Below, in pieces: positions 35,220-48,704 of a DNA stretch of 64,000 nucleotides. The stretch lies in contig JASTWF010000034.1 in NCBI GenBank assembly GCA_030390025.1, forward strand, positions 2,914,001-2,978,000, in the 5' to 3' direction. The notes beneath the pieces are model-generated. The model made no database searches. It saw nothing but the letters and a program-made list of their open reading frames with translations, and was not told the origin of the DNA. Numbering within the stretch: position 1 is the stretch's first letter; every line of letters begins with the position of its first letter. The stretch comes from Squalus acanthias (lineage: Eukaryota). Position numbers and translations under genes: made by a program.

Positions 35220-37719
35220 ATGAGCAGTGGTGTTCATTCAAGGAGTTATTATACAACTTTCAACATAAATATATTCCACTGAGGAAAAAAGGGTGTCAAA
35301 GAAATGACAGCTATCCATGGCTAAGTAAAGAAATTAAAGAAAGTATCCAACTAAAAAGAAGGACATATAAGGTAGCCAAAGTTAGTCGGAGGATAGAAGA
35401 TTGGAAAGTCTTCAAAAGACAACAAAAAGTAACTAAAGGATTGATTAAGAAAGGGAAAATAGACTATGAAAATAAATTAGCAAAAAATATAAAAACAGAT
35501 AGCAAGAGTTTCTATAGTTATATAAAAAGAAAAAGGGTGGTTAAGGCAAACGTAGGTCCCTTAGAGGATGAGACCGGGAAATTAATGGTGGGAAACATGG
35601 AGATGGAAAAAATGCTGAACAAATATTTGTTTCAGTCTTTACGGTAGAGGACACTAAGAATATCCCAACACTGGACAAACAGGGGGCTCGAGTGGGGGAG
35701 CAGCTAAATACGATTAAGATCACTAAGGAATTGGTACTCAGTAAAATAATGGGACTCAAGGCAGATAAATCCCCTGGACCTGATGGCTTACATCCTAGGG
35801 TCTTGAGGGAAGTGGCAGTAGGAATTGTGGATGCTTTGGTAATAATTTTCCAAAACTCCCTGAACTCAGCAAAGGTCCTGGCAGATTGGAAAACTGCTAA
35901 TGTAACTCCCTTATTTAAAAAGGGTTGTAGGCAGAAGGCTGGAAATTATAGACCAGTTAGCGTATCATCTGTGGTGGGTAAAATTTTGGAGTCTATTATT
36001 AAGGAGACAGTAACGGAACATTTAGATAAACATAATTTAATAGGACAAAGTCAGCATGGCTTTATGAAGGGGAAGTCATGTCTGACAAATTTGCTCGAGT
36101 TTTTTGAGGACAACACGTACAGGGTGGATAAAGGGGAACCAGTGGATGTAGTGTATTTAGACTTCCAGAAGGCATTCGACAAGGTGCCACATAAAGATTA
36201 TTACTCAAGATAAAAAATCACTGGATTGCAGGTAATATTCTGACATGGGTGGAGGATTGGTTATCTAACAGGAAGCAGAGAGTTGGGATAAATGGATCAT
36301 TCTCGGACTGGCAACCAGTAGCCAGTGGTGTTCCGCAGGGGTCGGTGCTGGGTCCCCAACTCTTTACAATCTATATTAACGATTTGGAGGAGGGGACCGA
36401 GTGTAACATATCAACGTTTGCAGATGATACAAAGATGGGAGGGAAAGTATAGAGTGAGGAGGACATAAAAAACCTACAAGGGGATATAGACAGGCTGGAT
36501 GAGTGGGCAGAGATTTGGCAGATGCAATACAATTTTGGATAATGTGAGGTTATGCACTTTGGCAGGAAAAATCAGAGAGCAAGTTATTATCTTAATGGCG
36601 AGAAATTGGAAAGTACTGCAGTACAAAGGGATCTGGGGGTCTTGGTGCAAGAAAATCAAAAAGTTAGTAGGCAGGTGCAGCAGGTGATCAAGAAAGCCAA
36701 TGGAATGTTGGCTTTTACTGCTAGGGGATAGAATATAAAAACAGGGAGGTATTGCTGCAGTTGTGTAGGGTATTGGTGAGACCGCACCTGGAGTACTACA
36801 TACAGTTTTGGTGTCCATACTTAAGAAAAGACATACTTGCTCTCGAGGCAGCACACAGAAGGTTCACTCGGTTAATTCCGGAGATGAGGGGGTGGACATG
36901 CGAGGAGAGGTTGAGTAGATTGGGACTCTACTCATTGGAATGAGAGGCGATCTTATTGAAACATATAAGATTGTGAAGGGGCTTGATCGGGTGGACGCGG
37001 TGAGGATGTTCCCAATGATGGGTGAAACTGGAACTAGGGGACATAATCTTAGAATAAGGGGCTGCTCTTTCAAAACTGAGATGAGGAGAAACTTTTTCAC
37101 TCAGAGGGTAGTGGGTCTGTGGAATTTGCTACCCCAGGAAGCTGTGGAAGCTACTTCATTAAATAAATTTAAAACAGAAATAGACCGTTTCCTAGAAGTA
37201 AAGGGAATTAGGGGTTACGGGGAGCGGGCTGGAAATTGGACATGAGTTTGAGTTCGGATCGGTCAAGGCCCTGTGGGCGGCGGAGCGGGCCCAGGGGCCG
37301 AGTGGCCTGGTCCTGCTCCTACTTCTTGTGTTCTTTAGAGTTGAGGTTGGATCAGATCAGCCAAGATCTCATTGAATGGCAGAGCAGGCTCGAGGGGCCG
37401 ATTGGTCTACTCCTGCTCCTATTTCTTACGTTCTTATGTTCTTATATGATGGGAGGACTGTGTGCAGGAAGCTTTACTCTGCATCTAACCCGTGCAGTAC
37501 CTACCTTGGGAGTGAATTTTTAAAAGGGAACTATTCACCCCTTTCTGATACCGTACCTGTTTGTCCCGTGTGTGTCGTCTCAGTGTCAGCTCCTGTACGT
37601 GTATCATTAAACATTGATTAAAAGGAACTATTCACTCTCATCTGGTACTGTACTGCCCGTATGTCTCCACGCTGCTTCTCTCTCCCTGGCAACTGTCTGA
37701 GGCTGCACCTGTCCTGTGA

Positions 37720-38860
37720 GTGTTTGATTGGAGAATGGGGAGGGAGCTTTACTCTGTATCTAAAACGTGCTGTACCTGCCTGGGAGTGTTTCATGGAATA
37801 GTTTACAGGGAGCTTTGCTCTGTTACTAGCCTGTGCTGTACCTGCCCTCGGAGTTGTTGATGGGACGGTGTAGCGAGTGCTTTACTTTCTATCTAACCGG
37901 TGCTGTAACTGCCGTGGGTTTGTTTGATGGGACAGTGTACATGGAACGTTACCCACTAGCTAACCCATGCCGTAACTACCTGGGAGCGTTTGATGGGACA
38001 GTTTTGTAGGAGCTTTAACCTGTATCTAACCCGTGCTGTACCTGCCCTGGGAGTGTTTGATGGGAAAGTGTAGAGGGAGCTTTACTCTGTATCTAACCCG
38101 TGCTGTACCTGCCCTGGGAGTGTTTGATGGGACAGTGTAGAGGGAGCTTTACTGTGTATCTAACCCGTGCTGTACCTGCCCTGGGAGTGTTTGATGGGAT
38201 AGTGTAGAGGGAGCTTTACTCTGTATCTAACCCGTGCTGTACCTGCCCTGGGAGTGTTTGATGGGGCAGTGTAGAGCGTGCTTTACCCTTTATCTAACCC
38301 GTGCTGTACCTGCCCTGGGAGTGTTTGATGGGACAGTGTAGCGGGAGCTTTACTCTGTATCTAACCTGTGCTGTACCTGCCCTGGGAGTGTTTGACGGGG
38401 CAGTTTAGCTGAAGTTTTACTCAGTATGTAAACTTTGCTGAACCTTGCCTGGGAGTGTTTGATGGGACAGTGTAGAGGGAGGTTACTCTGTATCTAACCC
38501 GTGCTGTACCTGCCCTGGGAGTGTTTGATGGGGCATTGTAGAGCGTGCTTTACCCTTTATCTAACCTGTGCTGTACCTGCCCTGGCAGTGTTTGATGGGG
38601 CAGTATAGGTGAAATTTTACTCAGTATGTAACCTTTGCTGTACCTGGCCTGGGAGTGTTTGATGAGACAGTGTAGAGGGAGGTTACTCTATATCTAACCC
38701 GTGCTGTACCTGCCCTGGGAGTGTTTGATGGGCCAGTGTAGAGGGAGCTTTACTCTGTATCTAACCCGTGCTGTTCCTGCCCTGGGAGTGTTTGATGGGG
38801 CAGTGTAGAGCGTGCTTTACCCTTTATCTATCCCGTGCTGTACCTGCCCCGGGAGTGTTT
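37720..38860. repeat. 67-bp satellite array
   Basis: Period measured as 38041 to 38108; unit ctgtatctaacccgtgctgtacctgccctgggagtgtttgatgggacagtgtagagggagctttact. Confidence 0.95.
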
Positions 38861-39004
38861 TTCTAAAATGGAACGATTCAGACCCGTCTGATACAATACG
38901 GCCCGTGTTTGTCACAATGTCAGCTCCTGGACATCTACAGTTGACATTTGGTAAAATGGTACTTGTCACTCTCAATGTTCCCTCTACGCTGCATACTCTC
39001 TGTA

Positions 39005-39345
39005 GTTTAGAAGAATGAGAGGTGATCTCATTTAAGATTCTGACGGGGATTGACAGGGTGGATGCTGAGAGGTTGTTTCCCCTGGCTGGAGAGTCCTGAA
39101 CTAGGGGTCACAGTCTCAGCATAAGGGGTCGGCCATTTTTCAGACTAAGATGAGGAGGAATGTCTTCACTCAGAGGTTTGTAAATCTTTGGAAATCTCTG
39201 TCCCAGAGTGCTGTGTATGCTGAATCGTTGAGTACTGTATATTCAAGGCAGATAGATAGATAGATTTTTGGACTCGAAGTAGATTCAAGTGATATGGAGA
39301 ACGGGCGGGAATTTGTAGTTGAGGTCGAAGATCAGCCTTGATCTT
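39005..39345 (+). mobile_element. CR1 3' fragment
   Basis: tttagaagaatgagaggtgatctc...gacagggtggatgctgagagg...gatcagcc. Confidence 0.8.
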
Positions 39346-39659
39346 GCCTTTGTATCTAAACTGTGCCATACCTGTCCTGGGAGAATTTGTTGGAGCGATG
39401 TATAACTGGTGCTAAATAGCCCTGGACTGTTTGATGAGGACCGTGTAGATCGAACACCACGTTGTTTCCATCCAGTGCTGTACCTGTCCTGGGAGTGCTT
39501 GATGTGAAAGCGTCGAGGGAGCTTTGCTTTGTATCTAACCGGTGCTGCAGCTGATGGGTGCAATGTAGAAGGAGCTTTATTCTTTGTCTAACTGGTGCTA
39601 TACCTGCCTTGGGTGTGTTTGATACACTGTAGAGCGAACTTCACTCTTTATCTGTAATG

Positions 39660-41812
39660 AAGTAACCAGGGATAATCATATATTGGATCTAATATTTAGA
39701 AGTGAGCCTGACCTCGTATCGGGTCTCCATGTGGTGGAACATCTGGTCAACAGTGACCACAGCATTCTACGGTTCCAACTGGAAATAAAACTAAAGGTAC
39801 TGAGAACCTGCAACTCGTACCAGATTTCAGAAGAGCAAACCTCACCAAAATGGCATTTGATTTGGAACGGGTAAATTGGCTAATGAGACCGATGTAGAAT
39901 ATAAATGGAAAGTTTTTAAGAATAAGATAAAAAATGTGGAAAACAAATGTGTGCCCAAATTCAAAAGAAGGAAATATGGTAAGAAAAGGCCAAGGTGGCT
40001 GACTGGTTCATGGAAAAAAAGACTTTAGACAACTGTGGGAGCAATGGGGAAAGCTTTTTCAGTTGTGAAGAGTCGGAGAATTACTAAAGTCTTCAACCTT
40101 GAAGATGATGTTCAACTATTAGAATTTAAAAATGTTTCTAACCAAACCTGTATTAACATAGATGCACAGATTGTTTTAGAAATAATTAAGAACTTGAAAA
40201 TAGATGGAGCAGCCGGGCCGGATGGTATCCACTCGACAGTCCTCAGGGAGATGGGGCATGTGCTTTGCTGGACCCGAGCCTGTATTTGTAAAACCTTACT
40301 GCACTCTGGAATGGTTCCTGGAGACTGCAAGGAGGCTAATGTAGTCCACATCGTTACAAAAGGTGACAAGACAGACCCGGGTAAGTATAGGCCCATTAGT
40401 TTAACATCAGTAATAGGTAATATGCTTGAAGGAATCATTAAGGATGCAATATATGAATACTTGGATAGAGAGGGTCATATTAGGGACACCCAACATGACT
40501 TCATAACAAGGCGGTCATGTCTTACAAATCTAATTGTATTTTTGAAGAAGTTACAAAGTTGGTGGATAAGGTACCACATAAGAGGCTTCTCTATAAGATC
40601 AAATACTCTGGTAATAGTGGTAATATATTGTGCTGGATTCAGAACTGGATGGCAGGACGTAGGCAAAAAAGTAGTTATAGATGGATTGGGAACTGTTTGG
40701 AGACCGGTCATCAGTGGTGTCCCACAGGGATCAGTGTTGGGAGTGTTGCGCTTTACTATTTTTATTAATGATCTGGATGTAGGTGTTGGGGGCAAAATCT
40801 GAAAATTTGCAGATGATACCAAGAATTGTGCGAGTGTTAGAACTGTAGATGATGATCGTCCGCTTCAGCCAGATCTTAATCTGTTGGGTGATTGGTCTCA
40901 AGACTGGAAAATGATGTATAACTTAAATACGTGCAGTGTTATGCATGTGGGCAGGGCAAATGCTAAACATTCATACACCCTTCAGGGAAAGGCATTATAG
41001 ATAGTGCATACATCCTTAAAGGTACATGAGCAAAGCTGTGCAGCGATAGCTAGAGCAAATAGCGTGTTTGGGCGTATCCATAGGACAATCGAGTACAGGG
41101 CGAGGCATACTGTTTTTCCTTGTAAAGGACATTAGTCAGGCCACACTTGAAATACTGTGCCCAGTTTTGATCTCCTCACATGGTGGGTGATATTGAGGCT
41201 TTGGAAAGGGTACAGAGGAGGAGCCACTAGACTAATTCCCAGTGTAAAGTGTCTTAGTTATCAAGAAAGGCTAAAAGGGTTGGGATGTTCTACCTTAGAG
41301 AAGCGTAGACTTAGCGGAGATCTGATTGAGGTTTATAAGTTAATGAAGGGAATAGATTTTGTACCAGCTGGCAGTTTATTTCAATTACGCAGGACCAGGG
41401 CTCACTAATTGAAGTTGTATGAGTCTACATCTAGATTAGATGTCAGGAGGTGGTTCGTTTCCCAGACAGGCTGCCTACTCATGTGGTGAATGCGGAACGC
41501 TGAATTCCTTGAAGCGAGAGCTGGACCTGCTTCTGGCTGGGGCGGAGATCACCTCTTACAGAAGGCAGGTACGGAGGGGAATTCAGGGCCAGAGTGATCT
41601 CCTGGATTAGTTTCCATTGCCTAGATGGGTTAGAGAGGAATTTCCCTGGTTTATTTTCCCCAAATTGGCCTGCGTTTTTCGCCTCTCCCAGGATATCACA
41701 TGGTTTCAGGTGGGGTGGAGCGTATATGTTGTGATACACAAGGGACCTCAATTGTGTGGGACAGGCTCGATGGACCAAATGGTCTTTAATTGTCCGTCAT
41801 TGTTCATATGTT
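39660..41812 (+). mobile_element. Old, divergent CR1 ORF2 remnant
   Basis: [29 protein letters not shown] and RRLSGDLIEVYK with many frameshifts; its 3' UTR differs from the other CR1s. Confidence 0.85.
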
Positions 41813-41924
41813 AATATGTGTGTCCTATCCCGTGCTTTACCTGCCCTGGGAGTGTTTGATGGGACTGTGTAGAGGGAGATTTACCCTTTATCTAACCCAT
41901 GTTGTACCGCCCCTAACAGAGGCA

Positions 41925-42175
41925 GGAAGACGGAGAGAGAGACAGAGAGAGGGAGAGAAGCAGAGAGAGACTGACGGACAGAGTGAGGGTGGCAGAGAGA
42001 GAGGAGGACAGAGAGAGAGAGGGAGAGACAGACAATGCCACAGAGAAAGAGGAAGAGAAGGAGAGAGAGTTGGACAGAGTGAGTGTGACAGAAACGAGGA
42101 TCTGGAGAGAGAGGGAGAGAGAGAGAGAAATAGAAAGACAGCGGGAGATTGAGGGGCAGAATGAGAGAGTGACAA
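41925..42175. repeat. GA-rich low-complexity tract
   Basis: Degenerate (GA)n; similar tracts at ~51460-51545, ~53245-53270 and ~59500-59745. Confidence 0.9.
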
Positions 42176-42239
42176 AGATTGTTTGATGGGACAGAGTAGA
42201 GGGTGCATTACTCTGTATCTAACCCATGCTGTATACCCT

Positions 42240-43080
42240 GTCAATCCCACTCAGAATCTTATATATTTCAATGACATCACCTCTCATTCTTCTAAACTCC
42301 AGAGAGTATAGGCCCAGTCTACTCAATCTCCTCATAGGACAACCCTTTCATCACAGGAATCAATCTAGTAAACCTTCGTTGCACAGCCTCTGAGGCAAGA
42401 ACCTCATTCCTCAGATTAGGAGACCAAAACTGTGCACAGCAGGTGTGGTCTCACCAAATCCCTGTACAATTAAAGTAAGATTTCCTTACTCTTACACTCC
42501 AACCCACATGCAATAAAGGCCAACATGCCATTGCCTTCCTAATTGCTTTCAGCACCTGCATGCTAAATTTCTGTGTTTCCTGTGAGAGGACAACTAAATC
42601 TCTCTGAACACCAACATTTAATAGTTTCTCACCATTTAAAAATACTTTTTTTTCTATTCTTCCTACCAAAATGAATAACGTTACTTTTCTCCACATTATA
42701 CTCCATCTGCCACTTTATTACCCACTCAATTAATCTGTCAATATCTCTTTGTGTGCTCCACACAGCTTACTGTCCCACCTAGCTTTGTATCGTCAGCAAA
42801 CTTGGTTACATTGCACTCGGTCCCTTCATCTAAGTCGTCAATATAGATTGTAAATAGCTGAGGCCCAAACACGGATTCTTGCGGCACCCCACTACTTATA
42901 GTCTGCCGACTGGAAAATGACCTGGTTATCGCTACTCTCTCTGTCTCTCTGTCTCCCTGCCTCTGCCGGGGCAGGTACAGCACGGCTTAGATACAGAGTA
43001 AATATCCCTCTGTTTTCTGTCCGTTAACCTATGCTCTATCCAAGCTAATATATTATCCCCAAACCCCATGAGTCCTTATC
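42240..43080 (-). mobile_element. CR1 RT fragment with a satellite insertion
   Basis: ORF 42738-42983 contains SGVPQESVFGPQLF...FADDTK. Confidence 0.85.
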
Positions 43081-44254
43081 TGCAAGAAATGGTTTGCAAG
43101 AACCATGCAGGAGCACGACACGTCCAGCTCGTCCGTTAGCCCTGAGGCCAATGTAACCGAATCAGTGGTGTGGGTCAGTGGGCCCAGCGGCTTCCAGTTG
43201 CACTGCAGTTGGGTAATGGGCGAAATGTTGCCCCCATCAGTTAAAGGTTCTTCCCTAAACTGATCTTATTGTCAGCGAGGTAGACTTTATGTGTCGCAGT
43301 GCTTCGTGAAAGAGGAAATCTGGAACTCGCTTCCCCCAAAAAGGTTATGGATGCTTTCAAGGCGGAAATCGATGGATTTTTGTTGGGTAAGGGTGTCGAG
43401 GTGCTATCAGGAATTTGTTGCGGAGATCAGAATTCTGCCAGCTGCTTCCTGTCTCCGTTAAGTTCTACATTTTGCGGACCTGTTCATGTGTTTTTTGTTA
43501 TATTTATTTACCTGCTTGTTGGCCGTTTTATTTTTAATCTGTTTTTATTCCCAGAATTCAGCTCCGACTCTGGCAACCCATCTTTACGCTGCGAGGTCAC
43601 AACATGGCATTGCAGTTCTGAATGGGGAAAAAAATTGACAAAGGATGAAGGAGTCACCCCTTGAAACACACATAACGCCAAACAAACTGCAATACAACAC
43701 TCCAGCTTGATTATGGTGGTGTGACATTCTGTGACAAATAGGGACTTTATAAAACACTGATTAGGCCCCAGCTGGAGTACTGTGTTCAGTTCTGGGCACC
43801 ACACTTCAAGGAATGATGTCAAGGCCTTGGAGAGGGTGCAGAAGCGATTTACTAAAATGACATATAATTAAATAGAAATGCATAGCATACACGGCACAGA
43901 AACAGGCCATTCGGCCCAACCAGTCCACGCTGGCATTTATGCTCCACTCAAGCCTCCTCCCACCGTTTCTCATCTAACTCTATCAGCATAAACCTCGAAT
44001 CCCTTCTCCCTCATCTGCTTATCTAGCTTCCCCTTGAATGCATAACTTTTATTCGCCTCAACTACTCCCTGTGGTATCTTCCTCCGCAGTGGACAAACTG
44101 AGGCCTTCACACTGAGGCTGCACCCAATGGGCCCACGTGAGTTTGTATCTGTTTATTACCCCGGGGTTTCATTTCCTGTCGCGGAACCTGAGTTTCCTGT
44201 GCCTCGTGTTAACTTGTTCCTGTTGGCTGCGGCCCTTGAGTTTTAAAGAAGTTT

Positions 44255-45910
44255 AAAGCCTAGTGTTAATGTAACCCTGGCCTTGCAATGTGACAGAATC
44301 ACGTTAACCCGCGGAGCGAGACAGAGAGAGCCCCCACCCCGAGTGGAAATTAAAGTTAGCAACGTGAACCTGTGGAAAGCTTGTTATAATTCCATGTAAT
44401 GCTTCTGTTTCCGGGCAATGTGATGAATTTGATGGTTAAGTTATATGCACGGTGGCCATTTTAAGTGATATCTATCCGTGGCGAGCTTTTTAAATGATAT
44501 CTATCTGTGGTGGCCATTTTAAATGATATCTATCCGTGGCGGGCATTTTAAGTGATATCTATCCGTGGCGTGCATTTTAAGTGACAGCTATTCCTGGCAG
44601 TGATTTTATTCGACATCCGTAGTGGCAATTTTAAGTAATATGCGCGGTGGCCAGAAAACAGAGGGGCACTTGTTACAGAGTCCGACTCCACACTGGGAGA
44701 GACACAAGCTGTACACAGGGACACTTCTTACAGAGTCTGACTCCACACTGGGAGAGACACAGTGTACACAGGGACACTTCTTACAGAGTCTGACTCCACA
44801 ATGGGAGACACACACACTGTACACAGGGACACTTGTTACAGAGTCCGACTCCACACTGGGAGATACACACACTGTACACAGGGACACTTGTTACAGAGTC
44901 CGACTCCACACTGGGAGAGATACACTGTACACAGGGACACATCTTACAGAGCCCGACTCCACACCAGCAGAGACTCACACATAATACAGGGACACTTGTT
45001 ACAGCGTCCGACTCCACACTGGGAGAGACACTGGGAGAGCCTAGGTTTAAAGTAGCCCTGGCCTTCCAATGTGACACAAACACGTTAACCTGTGGTGCGG
45101 GAGAGAGATGCTCCCCACCGCGAGTGGAAATTAAAGTTATCAACGTGAACCTGTGTAAAGGCTTGTTTTAATTCTAGAACAATGCTTCTGTTTCCGTGAA
45201 GAGCGATGAATTTGACGATTCAATGATATGCACGGTGGTTTTTTAAGTGATATCTACTAGTGGCGGCCATTTAAAGAGGTATCTATCTACGGCAGCCATT
45301 TTAAGCGTTATCCATCTCCGTGGCCATTTTAAGTGATATCTATCTGTGGCGGCCATTTTAAGTGACATCTACTCGTGGCAGCGATTTTATGTGATATCCG
45401 TGGCGGCTATTTTATGTAAGAAGTACGCCGGCCATTTTAAGTGATATGAGCGGCGGCCATTTTAAGTGACACGGGCTCGGGCCATTTTAATGAATATGTG
45501 CGGCGGGCATGTTCATTATTATGCGCGACAGCCAGTTTACACAGGGACACTTGCTCCAGATTCCGACTCCACACTGTACACAGGGACACTTGTTACAGAG
45601 TCCGACTCCACACTGGCAGAGACACATACTGTACACAGTGACACTTGTCACAGAGTCCGACTACACACTGGGAGAGACACAAAGTGTACACAGGGACACT
45701 TGTTACAGAGTCCGACTACACACTGGGAGAGACACAAATTTTATACAGTGACACTTGTTACAGAGTCCGACTCCACACCATCAGAGACTCACACTGTACA
45801 CAGGGACATTTGTTACAGAGCCCGACTCCACACTGGGAGAGACACACTGTACACAGGGACACTTGTTACAGAGTCAGACTCCACATTGGGAGAGGGACAG
45901 ACTGTACACA
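44255..45910. repeat. Two-copy composite unit (~780 bp): unique ~200 bp, ~29-bp GGCCATTTT repeats, ~55-bp minisatellite
   Basis: 44255-44450 aligns with 45040-45235. Each is followed by gtggcggccattttaagtgatatctatcc repeats and then gtacacagggacacttgttacagagtccgactccacactgggagagacac repeats. Confidence 0.88.
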
Positions 45911-46989
45911 GAGAAAGTTATGACAGAGCATAAGAACGACTGTATTTTCTGGATACTTTGATATTTCTGGAAATAACATCCATTTATGTTTCAAATTGAT
46001 CTATCGGATGTGTTCTTTCAACCCTACCACCAATCCCGTCACCTTCTAAGCCTCCTCTCACTTGTTGACAGATGGGCAGGATTCCCTCTTCACTGCACTG
46101 AATGGGAGTGCTGAGATCCACAAGAGAGACTATACCAGGGCTGGTGTAGCACGGGTGAGGGACAGAATAAAGCTCCCACTAAACTGTCCCACCAAACATA
46201 CTCAGGGTAAGTACAGAGAGTGTTCGAAACAAAGGAAAGCTCCCACAACACTGCCCACAAAGTGTTTGATGAGACAGTGTAGACGGAGTATTAATCTATA
46301 TCTAACATGGGGTGCACATGCTGTGGAATGTTTGATGGGGCAGTGTTTGGGAAAAAATCTTTATCTAACCCTTGCTGTACTTGCCTTGGGAGAGTTGGAC
46401 GGGGCAGTGTATGGGAGCGTTAATCTGTATCTAACCGTACTGTACCTGCCCTGGGAGTGCTTTTCTAAAAGAGAACTATACACACTTATCTGGTACAGTA
46501 CGGACCATGTGTGTTTCAGTGTCAGCTCCTGTACATGTACAGTACACACCAGGTAAAAGGGAATGATGCACTCCCGTCTGGTACTGTACACTGTGTGTGT
46601 CTCAGTGTCAGCTCCTGTACATGTGCAGTAAACATTGAGAAAAAGGGAAAGATTCACTCTTATCTGGTACTATACATGCTATGTGTCCACCGACTCCATC
46701 TCTCTCCCTGGCAAAAGTCTGAGGTTCTACCTGTCCGGGGAGTGTTTGATTGGAGAATGTGAAGGTAGCTTTACTCTGTATCTAGCCCGTGCTGTACCTG
46801 CCCTAGGATTTTTGATGGGACGGTATTGAGGCAGCTTTACTCTGTATCTACACCTAGCTGTACCTGTCCTTGGAGTGTTTGATGGGACGGTGTAGTGGGT
46901 GTTTACTTTCTATCTAACCCGTGCTGTAACTGGCGCAGGAGTGTTTGATGGGAGAGTGTACAGTGTGCTTTAATCTTTACCTGACAAGG

Positions 46990-47885
46990 CCTGTGAGGAG
47001 GATGCAGAGAAACTCCAGTATGATCGGGACAAGTTGGGTGATTGGGCAGATCCATGGCAGATGCAGTATACTGTGGATAAATGCGAGGTTATCCACTTTG
47101 GTGGCAAAAACAGGAAAGCAGATTATTATCTGAACGGCAATAGAATGGGAAAAGGGGAAGTGCAACGAGACCTGGGAGTCCTTGTGCACCAGTCGTTGAA
47201 GGTAAGCATGCTGGTGCAGCAGGCGGTTAGGAAGGCAAATGGTATGTTGGCCTTCATAGCGAGAGGATTCGAGTACAGGAGCAAGGATGTCTTGCTGCAG
47301 TTGTACAGGGCTTTGGTGAGACCACACCTTCAGTGTTGTGTGCTGTTTTGGTCGCCTTATCTGAGGAAGGATGTTCTTGCCATGGAGCAAAGATTCACCA
47401 GACTAATACCTGGGATGGCAGGAATGACGTATGAGGAGAGATTGGATCGATTGGGCTTGTATTCGCTAGAGATTAGAAGAATGAGAGGGGATCTCATTGA
47501 AACTTATAAAATTCTGACAGGACTGGACAGACTAGATGCAGGAAGGATGTTCCCGATGGTCGGGGAGTCCAGAACCAGGGGTCACAGTCTAAGGATAAGG
47601 GATAAGCCATTTAGGACTGAGATGAGGAGGAGCTTTTTCACCCAAAGAGTGGTGAACCTGTGGAATTCTCTACCACAGAAGGCAGTTGAGGCCAATTCAT
47701 TAAATATATTCAAGAAGGAGTTAGATATATTTCTTAAGGCTAAAGGGATCAAGGGATATGGGGAGAAAGCAGGGACAGGGTACTGAATTTGGATGATCAG
47801 CCATGATCTCATTAAATGGCGGAGCAGGCTTGTGGGGCCCTCTGGTCTACTCCTGTTCCTATCTTCTATGTTTCTATGTTTCTAT
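46990..47885 (+). mobile_element. 5'-truncated CR1
   Basis: ORF 47034-47786 encodes the RT C-terminus; tttctatg tail. Confidence 0.93.
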
Positions 47886-47959
47886 GCGTGCTGGGAGTGT
47901 TTGATGGAACAGTGTAGTATTGTGAATCATCTGATTTTATTATATATTCAATTATATCG

Positions 47960-48415
47960 GAAGCAGGAACCCTGTCAAAATCAAAACCTCTCAAACCCAG
48001 GGGTCACTGGATAGTGATCAGAAGCAGGAACCTGGCAAAATCCCACCCTCTCAAATCGAGGGGCCACTAGACAGTGATCAGGAGCAGGAACACTGGCAAA
48101 AGCCAATCCTCTCAAATCCAGGGGCTACTGAACAGCTATCATGAGCAGGAACGCTGGCAAAATGCCACCCTCTCCAACCCAGGGGTCACTGAACAGTGAT
48201 CAGGAGCAGGAACCCTGGATGATTGTTCCTCTCTATAAACCAGGGATCTCTGGACAGTGATCAGGAGCATGAACCGTGGCAAAATCCCATCCTCTCAAGC
48301 CCAGGGGTCACTGAACAGTGATCAGGAGCTCAATCCCACCCTCTCAAACGCAGGAGCCACTGGACGATCATCAGGATTTGGAACCCTGGCTGAAACTTAC
48401 CCTCCCAAACCCAGG
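47960..48415. repeat. ~61-bp satellite
   Basis: Units of cagtgatcaggagcaggaaccctggcaaaatcccaccctctcaaacccaggggtcactgga. Confidence 0.85.
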
Positions 48416-48704
48416 AGCCATTGTGCCCTGTATACCCAAGTCCAGGTCATTAATATATATATCAAAACGAGCAGTGGTGCACATATCGACATCTGGGGAA
48501 CACTACGGTATACTTCCCTCCAGTCTGAAAAACAACTCTTCACAACTACTCTCTGCTTTTGATCTCTTAATAAATGATGTATCCACTTGCACACTGTCCC
48601 TTTAATCCCATGGTCTTCAATTTTGCTAACACGTCTATTATGAAGCACCGTTATGTTCTGCGAATGAGGAAAATGGTCCCAGTTTAGCTCCCTGTTTACA
48701 CGGT

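Larger units (their letters stand above)
34030..37445 (+). mobile_element. CR1 LINE (ORF1 end plus full ORF2, frameshifted)
   Basis: Endonuclease (LYLNARSIRNK, AITETWL, GDFN, SDHN), RT motifs, duplicated 3' UTR and ttcttatg tail. Confidence 0.95.

Noticed and set aside
44418..44460. C/D box snoRNA (GTGATGA)
   Set aside because: No D box or terminal stem at a suitable distance, and the C box is mutated in the second copy.
44606..45961. ORFs with repeated YTGTLVTESDST peptides
   Set aside because: Translations of the ~55-bp minisatellite.
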